From positions 448,001 through 512,000 of the forward strand of contig CAXXOU010000003.1 of NCBI GenBank assembly GCA_963677495.2: 64,000 bases of DNA. Direction: 5' to 3'. The stretch comes from Candidatus Cloacimonadales bacterium. GTDB taxonomy: Bacteria > Cloacimonadota > Cloacimonadia > Cloacimonadales > JAFGVF01. The position numbers and the translations under genes were made by a program. Every line of letters begins with the position of its first letter. The stretch's first letter is position 1. The notes below the pieces were generated by a model that saw only the letters and a list, made by a program, of their open reading frames with translations, was not told the DNA's origin and did no database searches. Positions 50,034 to 60,078 of the stretch are shown here, one piece after another.

Positions 50034-51371
50034 TTATACCTTTACTCTATCTATTAAAATTTTATGCTTGCCGTTTTTGCTAACCTTAATTTTCGTCACA
50101 ACCTCTAGTTGCCATTCTATGTACCCTTCAAGTTGAGCTTTGAGGTTTTCATTAATTAAATTTATATCATTTGTGGATAGTGTTGATGAAGTTGCAAGTC
50201 TAACGATTAATAAATCTTCGGAAACTCTTTCAACTTGATATGCCGATATTGTCTGAAAATCCTTTATTAACTTACTTCCAAAAAAACTTGGAATAACGAG
50301 TCTACCACCATTCTTTAATTGAAGTACATCACTTGATCTGCCAAGTACAGATTCAAAAGAACTGAGTGGGTATCTCGCACACTTCTCTGTGGTTGGAATA
50401 ATTAAATCACCTATTTGGTATTTAATTAAGGGCATTGAAAAGTTATCTAAGTCTGTTATAATTGCATGCTTATATTCTTGAGTACTATCCTTATAGTCTA
50501 AGAATACATGAGTATCCATTACATGATAGTTACCACAAACTGGGCATTCATACCCAAGACCCAAGATTTCAGTACTACCATAACAGTCATAGACTGGACC
50601 TAAATATTTTTCTATCAAATCTCTTTGATAGGATTGAAGATTCTCTGCAGTTGTGAAAACATATTGAATCCTATATCCTATCTTTAAATTATTATCTCGC
50701 ATAAAAACACATAAATAGTATATTGCATTTGTATATCCTGTAACACAAAAGAATCTCTTAGATTTCAGCAAGCCATAAAGCTCACTGAAAGACTTTATAT
50801 CAGACAAACTATACGCTGGGAAAAGCGTCTCATTATACAGGTAGTTTTTTATCTTTTGTTTGAATGTCTTTGATCTAGCTACATTGATTGGATTTCCCCA
50901 AATTTTCAAAGTCCTCTTCCCTGGCTTCCAACCTGATAGCCTTTGACCAGTTTCTGCAATCATTGATCCATAATCCCGTGAGTACTGACTAGCTAATAAA
51001 CGGACTGGAACTCCTGTTGATCCACCAGATGCAACAAGTTTAGCGTTATATTCTTTAATCTTTGATGACTTTAGTGACTCGAAATTGTTTTGTAAATCAT
51101 CTCGACTTAAGATCGGGATCATATCCATATCTCTTAACTCATTAAATTCATAGGGATTAAATCCTGCATCATCAAATCTAGACTTATAAAAGGGTACTGT
51201 TTCATAAGCATGAATCAATAATCTTTTTAGCTTTTTTAGTTGTACTTTTCTAATTTGGAGCTTATCTAAATCTAGAATACCTCTAATCTCTTTAAGGACT
51301 TCAAACTTACTTCCCCCTATCACAAGATCAGATATTTTCAAAAAACTAGTTCTTAAAATTTGCCTAAACAA
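50034..51371 (-). CDS. Phenylacetate-CoA ligase-like (CapK family) adenylate-forming enzyme
   Basis: HAYETVPFY, SGGSTGVP, YGSTE, TDLDNFSMPLIKYQIGD, GRSSD. Confidence 0.85.
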   Translation of the reverse strand: MFRQILRTSFLKISDLVIGGSKFEVLKEIRGILDLDKLQIRKVQLKKLKRLLIHAYETVPFYKSRFDDAGFNPYEFNELRDMDMIPILSRDDLQNNFESLKSSKIKEYNAKLVASGGSTGVPVRLLASQYSRDYGSMIAETGQRLSGWKPGKRTLKIWGNPINVARSKTFKQKIKNYLYNETLFPAYSLSDIKSFSELYGLLKSKRFFCVTGYTNAIYYLCVFMRDNNLKIGYRIQYVFTTAENLQSYQRDLIEKYLGPVYDCYGSTEILGLGYECPVCGNYHVMDTHVFLDYKDSTQEYKHAIITDLDNFSMPLIKYQIGDLIIPTTEKCARYPLSSFESVLGRSSDVLQLKNGGRLVIPSFFGSKLIKDFQTISAYQVERVSEDLLIVRLATSSTLSTNDINLINENLKAQLEGYIEWQLEVVTKIKVSKNGKHKILIDRVKV

Positions 51372-51380
51372 TGTACACCT

Positions 51381-52100
51381 TTATACTAAGTCTTTAATTA
51401 TTGTGTGATAACTATATGTTTTTGTAAAAACGAATCCACGCCTAATATGAAACATTAATGACTGAATATTATTTACCTGAGTACCAGCTTTTAGCAATTC
51501 AATGTTATTATCAAGTAAGTATTTCTCAACACTATTAAGTAATTTTGAAGCAATTCCTTTTCCAGCTAATGCAGGATCTACAGCAAGTAACTCACTAACA
51601 GAATAACCATTTGATAGACTGTTTATAAGAAAAGCACAATGTTGCTTTTCTTTATAATAACAAATGATCTTATCTTTTCTGTTAAAGGAGTTTTTTACCC
51701 ACTCAGCATAAACTTGTCTATTCTTTGGATATAATTCCTTTACATTGTAAAACCTAGAAAGACTGAATGCGTTTTCAGCAAGCTCCACTAATCCATCTAC
51801 TTTTGGCTGCGACGCTTTAACTGGTAGTTCTTGTTGGGTTAGTTTATCAATGGATAATTTTTTCTCTAGCTCCAAATTTATATCAGTATAGAATGCCCCA
51901 ATACTAGCAAGAAGACGATTATTTACTGGATTATTATTTATGTTAACAAAAGTAATAAATTTATACTTTGAAACTAAGTCTTTAACTTCCATTATCTCTT
52001 TCTCAGTTAACTGACTATTAAGTAGTACTTTTGCTGAAGAGATTCCATAGAAATTGGTTTCCCACTCCAATTCAATGATCGAAAACTTGTTATCTTTCAT
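51381..52100 (-). CDS. GNAT acetyltransferase (WecD-like)
   Basis: LEWETNFYG, FSLSRF, YAEWVKNS, LAVDPALAGKGIA, GTQVNN. Confidence 0.75.
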   Translation of the reverse strand: MKDNKFSIIELEWETNFYGISSAKVLLNSQLTEKEIMEVKDLVSKYKFITFVNINNNPVNNRLLASIGAFYTDINLELEKKLSIDKLTQQELPVKASQPKVDGLVELAENAFSLSRFYNVKELYPKNRQVYAEWVKNSFNRKDKIICYYKEKQHCAFLINSLSNGYSVSELLAVDPALAGKGIASKLLNSVEKYLLDNNIELLKAGTQVNNIQSLMFHIRRGFVFTKTYSYHTIIKDLV

Positions 52101-52109
52101 AGTTTTATC

Positions 52110-52793
52110 CTAAAACCCCAGACTACTTATCTTTCTAATCTGCATGAATGATTCTGCTGCAGATATTCCAACATCTAAACCATTTTTCTGAGCAAGTAAT
52201 CTAATTGCTTTTATAGATCTCGGATGTGGAAATTCAGGTATTTCTGACTGATGAGTAGACTGATAAGCTTCTAATGCTTCAAGCTTTTGCTCTAACTCTG
52301 AAGAAATGTCAATGAACAAGTTAGGATAAAACATCATTTTAGATAGCTTTGGAGCCCATTCTGTTGATGATGGTGTTTCATAACAAATTAGTTCTCTAAC
52401 AGAATTTGATGGTGTTGGGCGAGCGATTATCAGAGTTGCATTAAATACAACTCTATGATCCTGATTAACATCTCCACCATGATGTGTATAAATAATTGTC
52501 GGGTTATAGCCCTCTATCAACTTCTCGATTCTCTGAACAACTTCAATTAATGGGTATCCGTCTAATCTTTGGTCATCGAAATCACCAAACATAACCTTAG
52601 TAACACCTAGAATTTTACACGCATTTCGAGCTGCTTGCTTTTGTTGAGCTTTATATTCATGCCTTGCTCCAACACCATCTGTAAGAATCAGAACAGTGAC
52701 CGTATCTCCTTTCTTAACGTGTTTTATTATTGTCCCACCTAAACCCAATGACTCATCATCAGGATGAGCTGCTAACACCAATACTCGTTCCAT
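52110..52793 (-). CDS. PIG-L/LmbE family N-deacetylase
   Basis: AAHPDDE, YTHHGGDVNQDH, YETPSSTEW, PHPRS. Confidence 0.9.
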   Translation of the reverse strand: MERVLVLAAHPDDESLGLGGTIIKHVKKGDTVTVLILTDGVGARHEYKAQQKQAARNACKILGVTKVMFGDFDDQRLDGYPLIEVVQRIEKLIEGYNPTIIYTHHGGDVNQDHRVVFNATLIIARPTPSNSVRELICYETPSSTEWAPKLSKMMFYPNLFIDISSELEQKLEALEAYQSTHQSEIPEFPHPRSIKAIRLLAQKNGLDVGISAAESFMQIRKISSLGF

Positions 52794-52804
52794 GAATTCT
52801 CCAA

Positions 52805-54949
52805 TTACTTTTTATAGGTTATAATGATGTCTTTTACTGCTTTTATAACTCGTTCAACATCTTCATCTTTCATTTTTGTGTGTAATGGTAATGAAATTTC
52901 TCTATTATAGAACCATTCTGTGTGTTCAAACATTCCGTTTTGTAAACCAAGTTTCTTTTGATAATATGGATGCAAGTGTATAGGGACATAATGAACTGAA
53001 GTAAGAATATTTTTCTCCCTTAGTTTTTTTATAAACTCATCTCTATTAATATTCATTTTATCAACTTCTATCAAGAATGGGTAAAGATGTCTTGTTGGAA
53101 GGCTATTCTCAGTAATGTTAGGAGTAATTACTTCTCCAAGCTGATTAAACTCATTATCATAAAGTTCACAGATTTCTCTTCTTCGTTCATTGAAGCTATC
53201 AATCTTTTTTAGTTGTTGCAAACCAAGAGCTGCCTGAATATCAGTGAAATTATACTTAAATCCAAGATCAGTTATCTCATAATACCAGCTACCAGTGTTT
53301 GAGTATCTCTTCCAAGCATTTCTGTTCATACCAAATGATACCATTCTTGAAATTTTGTCTGCTACTTCAGGATTCTTTGTTGTAACTAACCCACCTTCAC
53401 CAGTTGTAAGGTTCTTAGTAGCATAGAAACTAAACGCTGCAGAATCTTCATATGTACCAAATTTAGCACCTTTATACTCTCCACCAATTCCATGAGCAGC
53501 ATCAGCAAGTATTAACAGATTATATTTCCTTGCAAGTGCTTGAAGTTTCTCATATTGTAAAGCATTACCACTATAATACACTGGTACTATAGCCTTTGTA
53601 TTTTTGGTGATTTTTTCTTCAATTTTGGAATAATCGATATTGTAAGTTTTCGGGTCTATATCTACTAGCACTGGCTTAGCACCTGTCTGGATAATAGTAC
53701 TTACTGTAGCAGTAAATGTCAATGGTGTTGTAATTACTTCATCGCCTGGACCAATGTTATAACCAAGTAGCTGTAAATGTAATCCTGCAGTACATGAACT
53801 TACTGGGATACAGAATAATTCATCATCGCCCAAATATTCTTTCACTGCTCGAGCAAATCGCTGGCTCTTTGGGCCTGTAGATAACCATCCTGAATCAAGA
53901 GTGTCCCAAATTTCAAGTTTTTCATCATCTGAAACATCAGGTACAGCAAAAGGTAGAATTCTATCCTTATCAATGTTTTTCCAAACTTTAACATTATGGT
54001 ATACATCTTTATAGATATCCATTTGTTCTTTCGATACAAACCCGTATATCTCTTTCACTCCATTGGAAATGTTTTCCTTTGTGTCAAAGTTAAGAACTTG
54101 TTTTATTTTATCAAAACATACATGATAGTCTCTCTCATCATCTATAACTGAGGACTGTCTAACAACAGATTGTGGTATTTGATCTTTTATTGCTTCTCCT
54201 ATCTCCAGTATACGATAGTTGTTCCTATTGCTTCCAACATTAAAAACCTGACCTCGGACGAGTTTATCTGGTGCTTTTAAGGCAGCAACAAAAGCCCTCG
54301 CTGCGTCTCTGCAGTGCAAGAATGGTCTCCATTGCTTTCCACCAAAAATCTCAACAGGTTCCTTTATGGCTGCTTTAGCTGACATAATATTAACTGCTAA
54401 ATCAAATCTCATTCTATCTGACAACCCGAAAATTGTAGATAATCTCAAAATAACTGAGCTTAACTCAGTCTGGTGTTTATGTAGCAATTGTTCAGACATT
54501 ACTCTTGTTTCAGCATACCATGAAACAGGATTCAGAGGAGATTCTTCAGTAAGGGTTTTAGCTTCACCCATTTTCCCATAAACACTGCATGATGATGCAA
54601 AAACCAATCTTTTAATATTTCTTTCAATACACTTCTTCACAAGAAGTTCATTTGCTTTGTAATTGATTGTATACGTTGTGTCTTTATTAACATTACAAGC
54701 AGGATCTCCTACAATAGCCGCTAAAGCAATAACACCATCAACCCCGGATAGTGATTTATCAATATCTTCTTCATCTCTGATATCACCTACTATTAATGAA
54801 AACTTTTCATTATTCTGGAATCTAGTAATACCTGAATCTCCATAGATTAACTTATCTAAAACAACTACTTCATATCCATCAGTTAATAGCTGTGATACAA
54901 CAAAATTTCCAATGTATCCAGCTCCACCAGTAACGAGAATTCTTTTCAT
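52805..54949 (-). CDS. Bifunctional NAD-dependent epimerase/dehydratase + DegT-family aminotransferase
   Basis: N-half GGAGYIG, LAAIVGDPAC, ASSCSVYG, MRFDLAVN; C-half SGWLSTGP, SSCTAGLHL, DAAH, SFYATKNLTTGEGG. Confidence 0.88.
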   Translation of the reverse strand: MKRILVTGGAGYIGNFVVSQLLTDGYEVVVLDKLIYGDSGITRFQNNEKFSLIVGDIRDEEDIDKSLSGVDGVIALAAIVGDPACNVNKDTTYTINYKANELLVKKCIERNIKRLVFASSCSVYGKMGEAKTLTEESPLNPVSWYAETRVMSEQLLHKHQTELSSVILRLSTIFGLSDRMRFDLAVNIMSAKAAIKEPVEIFGGKQWRPFLHCRDAARAFVAALKAPDKLVRGQVFNVGSNRNNYRILEIGEAIKDQIPQSVVRQSSVIDDERDYHVCFDKIKQVLNFDTKENISNGVKEIYGFVSKEQMDIYKDVYHNVKVWKNIDKDRILPFAVPDVSDDEKLEIWDTLDSGWLSTGPKSQRFARAVKEYLGDDELFCIPVSSCTAGLHLQLLGYNIGPGDEVITTPLTFTATVSTIIQTGAKPVLVDIDPKTYNIDYSKIEEKITKNTKAIVPVYYSGNALQYEKLQALARKYNLLILADAAHGIGGEYKGAKFGTYEDSAAFSFYATKNLTTGEGGLVTTKNPEVADKISRMVSFGMNRNAWKRYSNTGSWYYEITDLGFKYNFTDIQAALGLQQLKKIDSFNERRREICELYDNEFNQLGEVITPNITENSLPTRHLYPFLIEVDKMNINRDEFIKKLREKNILTSVHYVPIHLHPYYQKKLGLQNGMFEHTEWFYNREISLPLHTKMKDEDVERVIKAVKDIIITYKK

Positions 54950-54964
54950 AAATCACCTCTATTG

Positions 54965-55738
54965 TTATATTTCATAATCAGATTTTCTTAATACTTTTAT
55001 TGCCCCAACCCTACCTTTGTTGAATAGTAAATCTATAAAAGACATACCGGCAATAAAATCACCTTGTAATTGGGCATAAGCAGGATGCGTAAACTTTTGA
55101 AATACTAGTTTTACCCCATTTGATTTAAACAAATCTCTATCTAAATAATCTTTTCCGCTTACACCTGCAACAAAAACATCAGCTTTAGCCACTTTGCACA
55201 TATTTAAGACTAACTCAGAGGAAACTCCATCAATTTTGTAACCAGCTTCAATAAGTTTTGATGTCCTAAAAACAGGTACTTTTATATCAAACATTTCGAA
55301 AGCATATTGAATTATTGCCAGATTCAAGTCTAATAAATGTGAATACTCCTTATTAAATATTAATTCGAGACTGGGAAAAACATCTTTGAAGTAAGGTGCT
55401 TTTTTGTAGGAAGCCTTAATAGTATCTAGAAGCCTTTTAATTTTATCAGGATCATGTATTAGCACATTACGCATCAAATGAATCTCTCTTTTATTTTTTA
55501 TTGGAATTGATAACCATTTCCACCCATTGTCAGAGTTAAATCTTATCTTGTTTCGATTTTCAAAATACTCTTTCTCAAACTGGACATGATCCAATAAAAA
55601 ATATACATCCCCCATTGTTGCCTTAGAAATGAAACCTAACCAAGGGAGGAATTCAGCCTGATGAGAAACTAATATCCTTTCACCAGCATCAATTCTCCTT
55701 GAGTCACTACTTTTTACGATATTGTCTAAATCCAACAT
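54965..55738 (-). CDS. WbqC family protein
   Basis: HQAEFLPWLGF, LDHVQF...NRNKI, WLSIP, YKKAPYF, YAQ...FIAGMSFIDLLFN. Confidence 0.85.
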   Translation of the reverse strand: MLDLDNIVKSSDSRRIDAGERILVSHQAEFLPWLGFISKATMGDVYFLLDHVQFEKEYFENRNKIRFNSDNGWKWLSIPIKNKREIHLMRNVLIHDPDKIKRLLDTIKASYKKAPYFKDVFPSLELIFNKEYSHLLDLNLAIIQYAFEMFDIKVPVFRTSKLIEAGYKIDGVSSELVLNMCKVAKADVFVAGVSGKDYLDRDLFKSNGVKLVFQKFTHPAYAQLQGDFIAGMSFIDLLFNKGRVGAIKVLRKSDYEI

Positions 55739-55743
55739 TCCTT

Positions 55744-57252
55744 CTAGTCCTTCAATTCTGTTTTAACATATTTAGTTAACATTTTGGGATTAACTGTGGC
55801 TAAATAATAGAAAAGATCCTCTTTGGTAAATTGCTTCGTTAAGAATAGTATCAACAAATAAACTAAACCTCCTGATATAGCTGTTAAGCCCAATGTAAAC
55901 AAATTATTGGGAACATTTATCTGGTGGTATAAAAGATGAATAAAGTAAAATACTGAAACTCCTGAAAGTAACTTTATAAGGGTTCTCCAGCTCGGTTTTG
56001 AACCCGAGATTTTGAAAGCATAATACCTAAAGACTGTCGTCCCAACAAAATTACTAACAAGCAAAGATAATGCCGCCCCTGCTCCACCAAGATTCAAAGC
56101 AGTAAATGAAAGAAAACTCTCAGGTATAAACACAAAGTAGAACACTATGTTCATTATCAACATCAAAATACTAATAATCATAGCGGCTACTATCTTATTC
56201 ATCCCCATTAACTGACCAGTAAATGGTTGAGCACTAATCAATAAAACAGCATTGATTATTAAGAATTTCATTATCAGAGATGATGGACCAAACTCACTTC
56301 CTAAAACTATAAGTTGAACTTGATCACTAAAGAAAAAAAGAAACGATCCAATCGCAAACAGTGGTATCGACAAATAATGTTCTATCTTATGTGAAAGATT
56401 TCTTATCCCTTCAAGATTTCCTTGAGAATTTAACTTTGAATATGATGGTAATAATAGACTTACAAAAACCACACTCAACATTGATATCATTCTAGTTAAT
56501 GACTGCCCTGCAGTGTAATATCCTACTTCAGTTGCATTTGATAAAAGATTGATAAACACTTTATCAAGTTGCATCGCTAAACTTGAAGATACTCCTATTA
56601 TGAAAGCAGGTCCAGCAAAAAGTGAGTAATCTTTTAAAAGGGGTTTATTGAAAGGTTTAAATTTTAACTTCCTGAATAACCAAATTGCAACTAACAAACT
56701 GACTATAACACCACCTAATTGTGCATAGGCTAAGCTCATAGTTCCTAAACCGATAATCGCAAACAATACTTTTAAAGATGCATTAGTCGCCTTATCAGAA
56801 ATAAGTATACTCCACTCTTTCGCTTTTTCAAGTCTTGCAGCAAAAGTATCCGAAAAGAATCTGGTAAAATATGCAATCGAAACAGAAAGAAGAACTATAT
56901 AGAACACATTAATCGAATCTTCTGGAACAGGTAGCTTCCCCCCTGCTGACTTAATTAAAAGGAAGGAAGATAAACACACAATACTCACTATAAAAATCAA
57001 AACTGATTTTATTACAATATACACTGTATTACATTCCGCTTGGTCTCTACCTTCTGAAATTCGTTTCTGATGTGCTAAGCCAAAGCCTAAAGAGCTAAAA
57101 CTAAAAAAACTAGCACAAAAAGCTAAGGCAGAAGATACTGTTCCCATTGCAGTTGGTCCCATGTACCTAGAAACAAAATATACTGACACAATTCCAAGAA
57201 ACTGTGCGGATATATTCATTATAAATGAGAGAGCCGATTTTTGCTTAAGCAT
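55744..57252 (-). CDS. wzx: Polysaccharide flippase (Wzx/MOP family)
   Basis: About 14 TMs, SRYMGPTAMG, LDKVFI...EVGYYTAG, GAGAALS; start ATG 57252 with GGAG RBS. Confidence 0.85.
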   Translation of the reverse strand: MLKQKSALSFIMNISAQFLGIVSVYFVSRYMGPTAMGTVSSALAFCASFFSFSSLGFGLAHQKRISEGRDQAECNTVYIVIKSVLIFIVSIVCLSSFLLIKSAGGKLPVPEDSINVFYIVLLSVSIAYFTRFFSDTFAARLEKAKEWSILISDKATNASLKVLFAIIGLGTMSLAYAQLGGVIVSLLVAIWLFRKLKFKPFNKPLLKDYSLFAGPAFIIGVSSSLAMQLDKVFINLLSNATEVGYYTAGQSLTRMISMLSVVFVSLLLPSYSKLNSQGNLEGIRNLSHKIEHYLSIPLFAIGSFLFFFSDQVQLIVLGSEFGPSSLIMKFLIINAVLLISAQPFTGQLMGMNKIVAAMIISILMLIMNIVFYFVFIPESFLSFTALNLGGAGAALSLLVSNFVGTTVFRYYAFKISGSKPSWRTLIKLLSGVSVFYFIHLLYHQINVPNNLFTLGLTAISGGLVYLLILFLTKQFTKEDLFYYLATVNPKMLTKYVKTELKD

Positions 57253-58408
57253 TGAACTCTCCATTATACACTTCCAGATGTGTGTTAATAACTTTTTCCC
57301 AACTGAAAGCCGAAAGTATAAATTCTCTACATTTTTCTCTATCAATATTTGATGATAACAACTCACTTAACATTGGCTTTAGGTCATCAAATTTCTCAGG
57401 GATTGCATAAAAAAGTTTAGTCGTTTGTTTTGGCAAGTGATGCAATGTCGTTGCTAAAACTTGAGTACCGCATGCTAAAGCCTCTAACGGAACATAGGAC
57501 GTCCCAGCAAAACTTAAGTCCTCTTTATCATGAGGTAGATAGATTAGCACATCTGCTGCATTATAAAAATTAGATAGCTCTTCATGACCTACATACTCAA
57601 TAACCTTTTCCCCACGTATAATTAGCTCATCATAATATGGGTCACTAATATTAATTCCAACAAAAACAAAAAAGTATTCATCCGAAGATGCATCTAAAAA
57701 ATCTATAATCCAGTCAAAACCTCTCTTCTTATAAGCTCTACCCACTTGCAAAATTACTTTTTTTTCTAGAGGTAATCCAAGTTTCTTTTTACTCTCAACT
57801 TTATCTTTAATTTCCATTCCTTTAGCATACATTCCTAAAATCGGACTATGCACAACAGGTAAATTTGCATGTCTAAAGTATGACTCTACTGGTTTACATA
57901 TTGTTATGCATTTTGTATAGTGAGTTAGAAAGAAACTTTTACATAGATAATGCAGGATTAATCCGAGTTTGTTTCCGTTGTTATTATATTTCCAAAGTGG
58001 ATCAGCTCCACCTATGTGTGTTACTGCTATATTGTGCTTTGCCACAAGTTTTGTCATAATACCTAAGCTATACTTCCAGGTTCCCATTACATGAAAAGCA
58101 ATATCCCTATTCTTTTTAGTTCTTATCAGTTGTTTCATTAACTGTAAAGAAAACTCACCTAAAACAGGGACCAAGATAGAAGGGAAAATAATATATTTTA
58201 TACCTTCATCATAGTGAATTTCCGTCTTTTTAATTCTTTTATCCTGACGCCAGACTTCACATGAATAATCCTTAGACTGCTTTAGCAGTTCTCGAGCAAT
58301 AAACTTACCCATGCCATAAATAATGAACCCTTTCGTACCTGGTCTATAGCACTCTAGATCTGCTTTATATTGATGAGCAGATATCGATTCAAGGAATATA
58401 ATTTTCAT
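57245..58408 (-). CDS. Glycosyltransferase family 4
   Basis: QVGRAYKKRG, FYNAADV, PLEALACGT, FSWEKV. Confidence 0.75.
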   Translation of the reverse strand: MKIIFLESISAHQYKADLECYRPGTKGFIIYGMGKFIARELLKQSKDYSCEVWRQDKRIKKTEIHYDEGIKYIIFPSILVPVLGEFSLQLMKQLIRTKKNRDIAFHVMGTWKYSLGIMTKLVAKHNIAVTHIGGADPLWKYNNNGNKLGLILHYLCKSFFLTHYTKCITICKPVESYFRHANLPVVHSPILGMYAKGMEIKDKVESKKKLGLPLEKKVILQVGRAYKKRGFDWIIDFLDASSDEYFFVFVGINISDPYYDELIIRGEKVIEYVGHEELSNFYNAADVLIYLPHDKEDLSFAGTSYVPLEALACGTQVLATTLHHLPKQTTKLFYAIPEKFDDLKPMLSELLSSNIDREKCREFILSAFSWEKVINTHLEVYNGEFNA

Positions 58409-58905
58409 TATGTTGAAAGCACTCCCATAATCACTACATCTTGATACGAACCATTTACAAACATATCACTTTTCAATAAGCCCTCTTTGATGAAACCGGC
58501 TTTTTCATAAATTCTAACTGCAGCAATATTATCAGACAATACCTTCAGCCAAATACGATTTAAATTCAAAGTATTAAAACCATATTTTAAAAGCTCTTCA
58601 ACTGCTTGCAGACCATAACCCTTTCCCCATTCATCTTTTTCACCAATCTTTATACGCAACTCTGCTTTTCGATTTGGATAATCTATCTCAAACAATCCAC
58701 ATGTACCAATAAGTTTCTTTTCTTCAACTATCTCAATTCCAAATAGCGTCTGATTCTTCCTATCTGGTAAAGATTTATACCATGAGATGTGCTCTATTTC
58801 AGAAACTGGAGTAAAAGTATTGGTAAATCTAATAACTTCGTAATCATTGACCCAATTATACATTTGGGGTAAATCTGAATCTTTTAATCCTCTAAGTCTT
58901 ATCAT
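58408..58905 (-). CDS. GNAT N-acetyltransferase (RimJ/PseH-like)
   Basis: WGKGYG, LNLNRIWLKV, NIAAVRIYEKAGFIKEG. Confidence 0.85.
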   Translation of the reverse strand: MIRLRGLKDSDLPQMYNWVNDYEVIRFTNTFTPVSEIEHISWYKSLPDRKNQTLFGIEIVEEKKLIGTCGLFEIDYPNRKAELRIKIGEKDEWGKGYGLQAVEELLKYGFNTLNLNRIWLKVLSDNIAAVRIYEKAGFIKEGLLKSDMFVNGSYQDVVIMGVLST

Positions 58906-58916
58906 ATAAAAATCCC

Positions 58917-60020
58917 TCAGTTTCTCTTAGATACTAGTTCGAAAACTTCATTAGCTATCGCTAAACAAGATGTCAAACCCGGTGATTCTATTCCGGTTAA
59001 ATGTATAAAACCCGGGAATCCTACTTCCGCTTGATCTGCAATATAGAAATCTTTTACGCAATCATTTGGTCCCTGAAGTTTAGGTCTTATTCCACAGTCA
59101 TCGAGATGCAATTTTTCCTTATCAATATCTATATATCGTGATACGGCAGTGTAAAAATCATTTTTGTATGATTCGTCTATCGCATAATTTAGCTCATCAA
59201 CATAATACGCATTTGGCCCAAATCTAACTTCTCCATTAAGGTTTATCGTTAAATGAATGCCAAGAAAGATACCATTAGGATCTGGAACTGGATAAACAAG
59301 ATGTTTCATGTCTTTGATTGAGTTATCTTTGTAATACTCTCCCTTACACCAGTACAATCTATTCATGTTCTCCTTATCAATGCCTATTAATCCACCTACT
59401 TCATGAGAATATAATCCGGATGAATTAATTATGAACTCACTCTTAAATTGCTCACCATTAGAAAAAGTTACGTAGTAAAATGAGTCTCTATAATCAATAT
59501 CTATTACTTCGGAATCGTAAATTACGAAACCATCGTTATCTTCAATATTACTCTCTAATTGTTTCATAACAGAATGAGTATCAACAATTCCTGTTGAGGG
59601 TACAAAAAGTGCACCAGTTGCTTTTACTCTCGGTTCAATCGTATTAACTTCACTTTGTGTTAAAAACTTAATATCCTTAACACCGTTTTCAATACCTTTG
59701 CTTCTAAGAGTCTCTAAAGTGCTTAACTCTTCTGTCGTTGTTGCAACTATAAGTTTGCCACATTTGTTATACTTTATTGAGTTTTTCTCTGCAAAAGCAT
59801 ATAGTAATTCAGCTCCTTCAACACAGAGTTTTGCCTTTAAACTGTCTTTTGGATAATAGATACCGGAATGGATAACTTCACTATTTCTACTGCTGGTGTG
59901 CTTGCCAAAAGATGATTCTTTTTCAACCACTACAACGTCATCAAACTCTTTTGATAAACGCTCTCCAATTGCCAAACCAACTATCCCTGCACCAATAACA
60001 AGTATTTTTACTTCTTCCAT
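58917..60020 (-). CDS. FAD-dependent oxidoreductase, L-2-hydroxyglutarate oxidase (LhgO)-like
   Basis: IGAGIVGLA, HTSSRNSEVIHSGIYY, CGKLIVA, LVYPVP, LGIHLT, GIRPKL, GIESPGLTSCLAIA; start ATG 60020. Confidence 0.85.
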   Translation of the reverse strand: MEEVKILVIGAGIVGLAIGERLSKEFDDVVVVEKESSFGKHTSSRNSEVIHSGIYYPKDSLKAKLCVEGAELLYAFAEKNSIKYNKCGKLIVATTTEELSTLETLRSKGIENGVKDIKFLTQSEVNTIEPRVKATGALFVPSTGIVDTHSVMKQLESNIEDNDGFVIYDSEVIDIDYRDSFYYVTFSNGEQFKSEFIINSSGLYSHEVGGLIGIDKENMNRLYWCKGEYYKDNSIKDMKHLVYPVPDPNGIFLGIHLTINLNGEVRFGPNAYYVDELNYAIDESYKNDFYTAVSRYIDIDKEKLHLDDCGIRPKLQGPNDCVKDFYIADQAEVGFPGFIHLTGIESPGLTSCLAIANEVFELVSKRN

Positions 60021-60038
60021 TGCTCTCTCCAATTTAAA

Positions 60039-60078
60039 CACAGCTTCGCCCCGTGACTTACAGGCTTCTGCATCACTT
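60039..60078 (-). promoter_or_regulatory. JUMPstart/ops-like antitermination leader
   Basis: AAGTGATGCAGAAGCCTGTAAGTCACGGGGCGAAGCTGTG, 18 nt before the first ATG of a 31-kb polysaccharide operon; resembles enteric JUMPstart ...AGCCAGGGGCGGTAGCGTG. Confidence 0.6.
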
